DNA of 55,445 bases, counting the filler, from Sphacelaria rigidula (Eukaryota), in NCBI GenBank assembly GCA_964200075.2. It is 5 parts of 5 records of this genome, joined end to end, with 100 filler letters (N's around TTAATTAATTAA, not from the genome) between each part and the next. Parts side by side here need not be neighbours in the genome. Positions count along the whole stretch, not along the records: positions 44,438 to 55,445 come from CAXNAA020005544.1; 4 more parts are not named here. One strand, 5' to 3'. The stretch's first letter is position 1, and each line of letters starts with the position of its first letter. Below the pieces are notes generated by a model that had not been told where the DNA came from, did not search any database, and was given only the letters and a program-made list of their open reading frames with translations. The position numbers and the translations under genes were made by a program. Shown here one piece after another: positions 52,780-55,445 of the stretch.

Positions 52780-53289
52780 CATGTTTCTTTTCGTTAATAT
52801 TTTTATTTCGTTTGTTCGTTCGATGTTTGTTTGTATCGCGTATCTGTGAATTCTTTCTGGGTCCGATTTTTTATCTTTTACTTCACTCTATTTTTTGGGG
52901 TAGTTAGCCTGTGACCACGGAAGGCGTAGTCATCAGAAGCCCAGTACAGAGTACTGCGAAGATATCGGAACTTTTTTTATGTGAAGACAACAACAACAAC
53001 AACAACAACAACAGCAACGACTTTGAACCCCCCCCCCCCCCACCCCCCGCCGATACACGCCTTGCCTGTTGGTCCCGCGGAACGGATCAGCAATCCCGCA
53101 CCGTGTCGACTCTCGCGAAACAAACTCATTCGAACAAACTATTTTCGCTACGAACGTCCGCATGTTTCCAAAGACGGAAACGAAATACTTCGAAGAAAAA
53201 ATATGAACACATGTAGCGGGTATCAAACCCATATGTTCTCCACCCTAATGTTGTCATTTATATTATTACATCATTGGGGCGCGGCAGAT

Positions 53290-53580
53290 ACCCTACCCCG
53301 TGTACTTCGAGAAGTCGTACTTCCAGTACTTCAGTTATTGGAAAGAGTATTGATATAATAACCAACTCTACCCAATTCGGGAAGAGTATTGAAATACTCG
53401 AGTGATACACGTACTCTATACCCGGGTATTGCTGAGGTGATTTACCCAACTTTTCTTATGAATTTTGAGATTATAACCGAATTACCCATTAGTTAAGTAA
53501 AGTTTTGAGATTACACCCAATTTTGGCGAGAACTTGGGTAGAGTAAATACCTGGGTATCATGTTCGGGGGGTACTTACCC
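53290..53580. repeat. TACCC/GGGTA-rich degenerate tandem repeat; second copy at ~54205-54460
   Basis: Recurring (T)TGAGAT..ACCCAA units; both copies end AACTTGGGTAGAGT.AA.ACC. Confidence 0.6.
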
Positions 53581-54660
53581 TATCCGACCTTCCTGTACAA
53601 TCTTACTTCTGTACCGTCGGTGTTACTGTTTGTACCATCTGTAATAAATTGTATCGTTGTACGGCTACATCACAGTATTACTGTCGGGCAAAATGACGTC
53701 GCTTTGAACACGGGTAACGAAGATCCTACCGATGTCCCGCTTAGTTCGCGATCCAGGTCGACACAAGGCGCGTGAGAGTTGAAAAGAAAAACCGCACGAA
53801 TTGGACCGCGGCGGGTTGTGCTGGCGTCAGGTCTATTTATTTCGACCCTCCGGCGTCCTTGTCTGCTATTGGGTTGTCGGCAGCTTCTGTTATTTTTCCT
53901 CGCGATCGTGACATATCCATATTTACCACTATCGTTTCCGACGCTGGCTCTCTCATCGAGGAATCAGACCCGCGGTCCGCATTGTTGCTCATTTTTCACT
54001 CCTTCTACCCGTCTATCCGTCTACTCAAATACCGAAGGTTAGTGAACGCTCTTTCCTGAAAACTGAACTTTGGATACAAATCGGAGTTATAAATCATTAG
54101 GGGAGTGATGAAACTACATGTTTTCTTGTTATTGGTGGTCATCATTCTCTCTCATAGTCAAGGTAGTGTGTGAAGTGACGTCACGACGTCACCAACGGTC
54201 AGTGTTACTGATATCACACCCAAGCGATAGTCTTCACCCCGGTACTACTGAGTTTACATACCCATAGTTTGGGTAGGGTTTTGAGATCATACCCAAGTGA
54301 TACTTTATACCCAGGTGTTGCTGAGATTATTTGCCCAATGTTTGATTACTCGTAGAGTACTGAGATCACACCCAACTCTATCCAAAATTTTGGTTACAGT
54401 ATTGAGATGGCAATCTATTTACTCACAACTTGGGTAGAGTGAAAACCCGCGGCTATTGTGCCCGGCACTCAAACACACATACGAGCTGGGCCAGCCAACA
54501 ATGGGTGGTTTTCGCGCCAAGGCGACGCACGGCGCGATATTAGGAGTTGGACGCTGAATTTTTGATAGCAGTTTTTATGATCGACATGCAGAACATCACG
54601 TGAGCAGCAAAGAAAAAAAAAACAGGAAGTTACAGGTATGATGATTTGAAATTTCCAGGG

Positions 54661-54706
54661 GGGCGTACTCATTTGTTGCTTGCCTTAGTCGTTTGACCAT
54701 TGACCA
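54661..54706 (-). mobile_element. 46-bp family A insertion with perfect 14-bp TSD
   Basis: TGAAATTTCCAGGG at 54647-54660 and 54707-54720 flanks the family A terminus. Confidence 0.88.
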
Positions 54707-54726
54707 TGAAATTTCCAGGGAGGGAT

Positions 54727-54920
54727 ACGTGACACGTGAACGTGAGCGTGACGTGAATCACGTTCGTCAAATTTAACGTGACGTGAACGTGACGTTAATC
54801 ACCTTAAAAAAATTGAACGTGACGTTTCGTCACATGTCACGTAGTATGTCACGTGATATTGTCACGTATCACGTATTATGTAACGTGACATTGACACGTG
54901 TCACGTTCGAATTTAACGTT
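54727..54920. repeat. ACGTG/CACGT-rich short-period repeat with orientation switch
   Basis: Many ACGTGA units followed by mostly TCACGT units, giving a loose palindrome. Confidence 0.6.
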
Positions 54921-55445
54921 TCATTCTATGCATATCGCGGCTCACACCAGGGTTGGAGGTGTTTTGACATGTCGTGTAACGCGTAGAGTCACCGTGTGCG
55001 TGGCACTGATGGTCGCCTATCGTATGTTTGATCGTAGGCGCATTATTTGAGTGTATAACGCTTTTTTCTCTACAGTGTATCATGCATTCGTCCTTGACCG
55101 GATAAGTTTCCCTGTCTTTTCACTGTCTCATTTCAAGTTTTCAAGATTCGAATGCTTGGTCATTCGCACGACAGCGCATACTGTACATAGAATAGTTCGC
55201 GAACGAGATTGAACGCCAGCTTGAGTCTTCCTGGCATTTCCCAGACAGAACTACGTCGGCACCCTTGGTTCTACACGTGTATGACAGGTTTACACCGCCA
55301 GGTAATCTACACATTCGTCTGGCTTGACAAGCTTTTGCTTCACTGTACACAGACTGATGGATTTTTCACTTTTCCATCAGATCAAACCGCCACGAAACCA
55401 GCCGTTGCGGTAGATGCTGAAGCTGAAGGCACCGGCCGAGACTGA

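Noticed and set aside
53290-54460. CRISPR-like repeat-spacer array
   Set aside because: Units are degenerate with no constant repeat and unique spacers, there are no cas genes, and the context is eukaryotic.
55381-55445. Possible terminal exon after a pyrimidine tract and AG
   Set aside because: Too short, at the scaffold edge, and no upstream exons were identified.

Overview
This is eukaryotic nuclear DNA, very probably from a brown alga (Phaeophyceae): GT-AG spliceosomal genes with long repeat-filled introns, a stramenopile-type bipartite plastid leader, and a plastid-type peroxiredoxin (ycf42) relic. It is not one locus. Five scaffolds of descending length (11010, 11010, 11009, 11008, 11008 bp) are joined by artificial 100-bp N44-TTAATTAATTAA-N44 linkers. 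Host genes I can support: a 3'-partial AIM24 gene head-to-head with a CpcT/CpeT-family lyase-like gene (scaffold 2), a 3'-partial gene fusing an Mpo1/DUF962-like membrane domain to an HxD...H oxygenase-like domain (scaffold 3), and a partial dynein-light-chain-domain gene (scaffold 4). Scaffold 5 carries a decayed plastid peroxiredoxin directly next to a mitochondrial-type SSU rRNA fragment, plus a decayed RTE-like LINE. The rest is MITEs (PIF/Harbinger-, hAT-, Sola- and piggyBac-like), foldback elements and retroposon fragments. The most unusual signal is a non-LTR retrotransposon family and a ~105-nt SINE-like partner. Both end in an oligo(C) tail instead of poly(A), and their target-site duplications indicate priming from G-ending target DNA.
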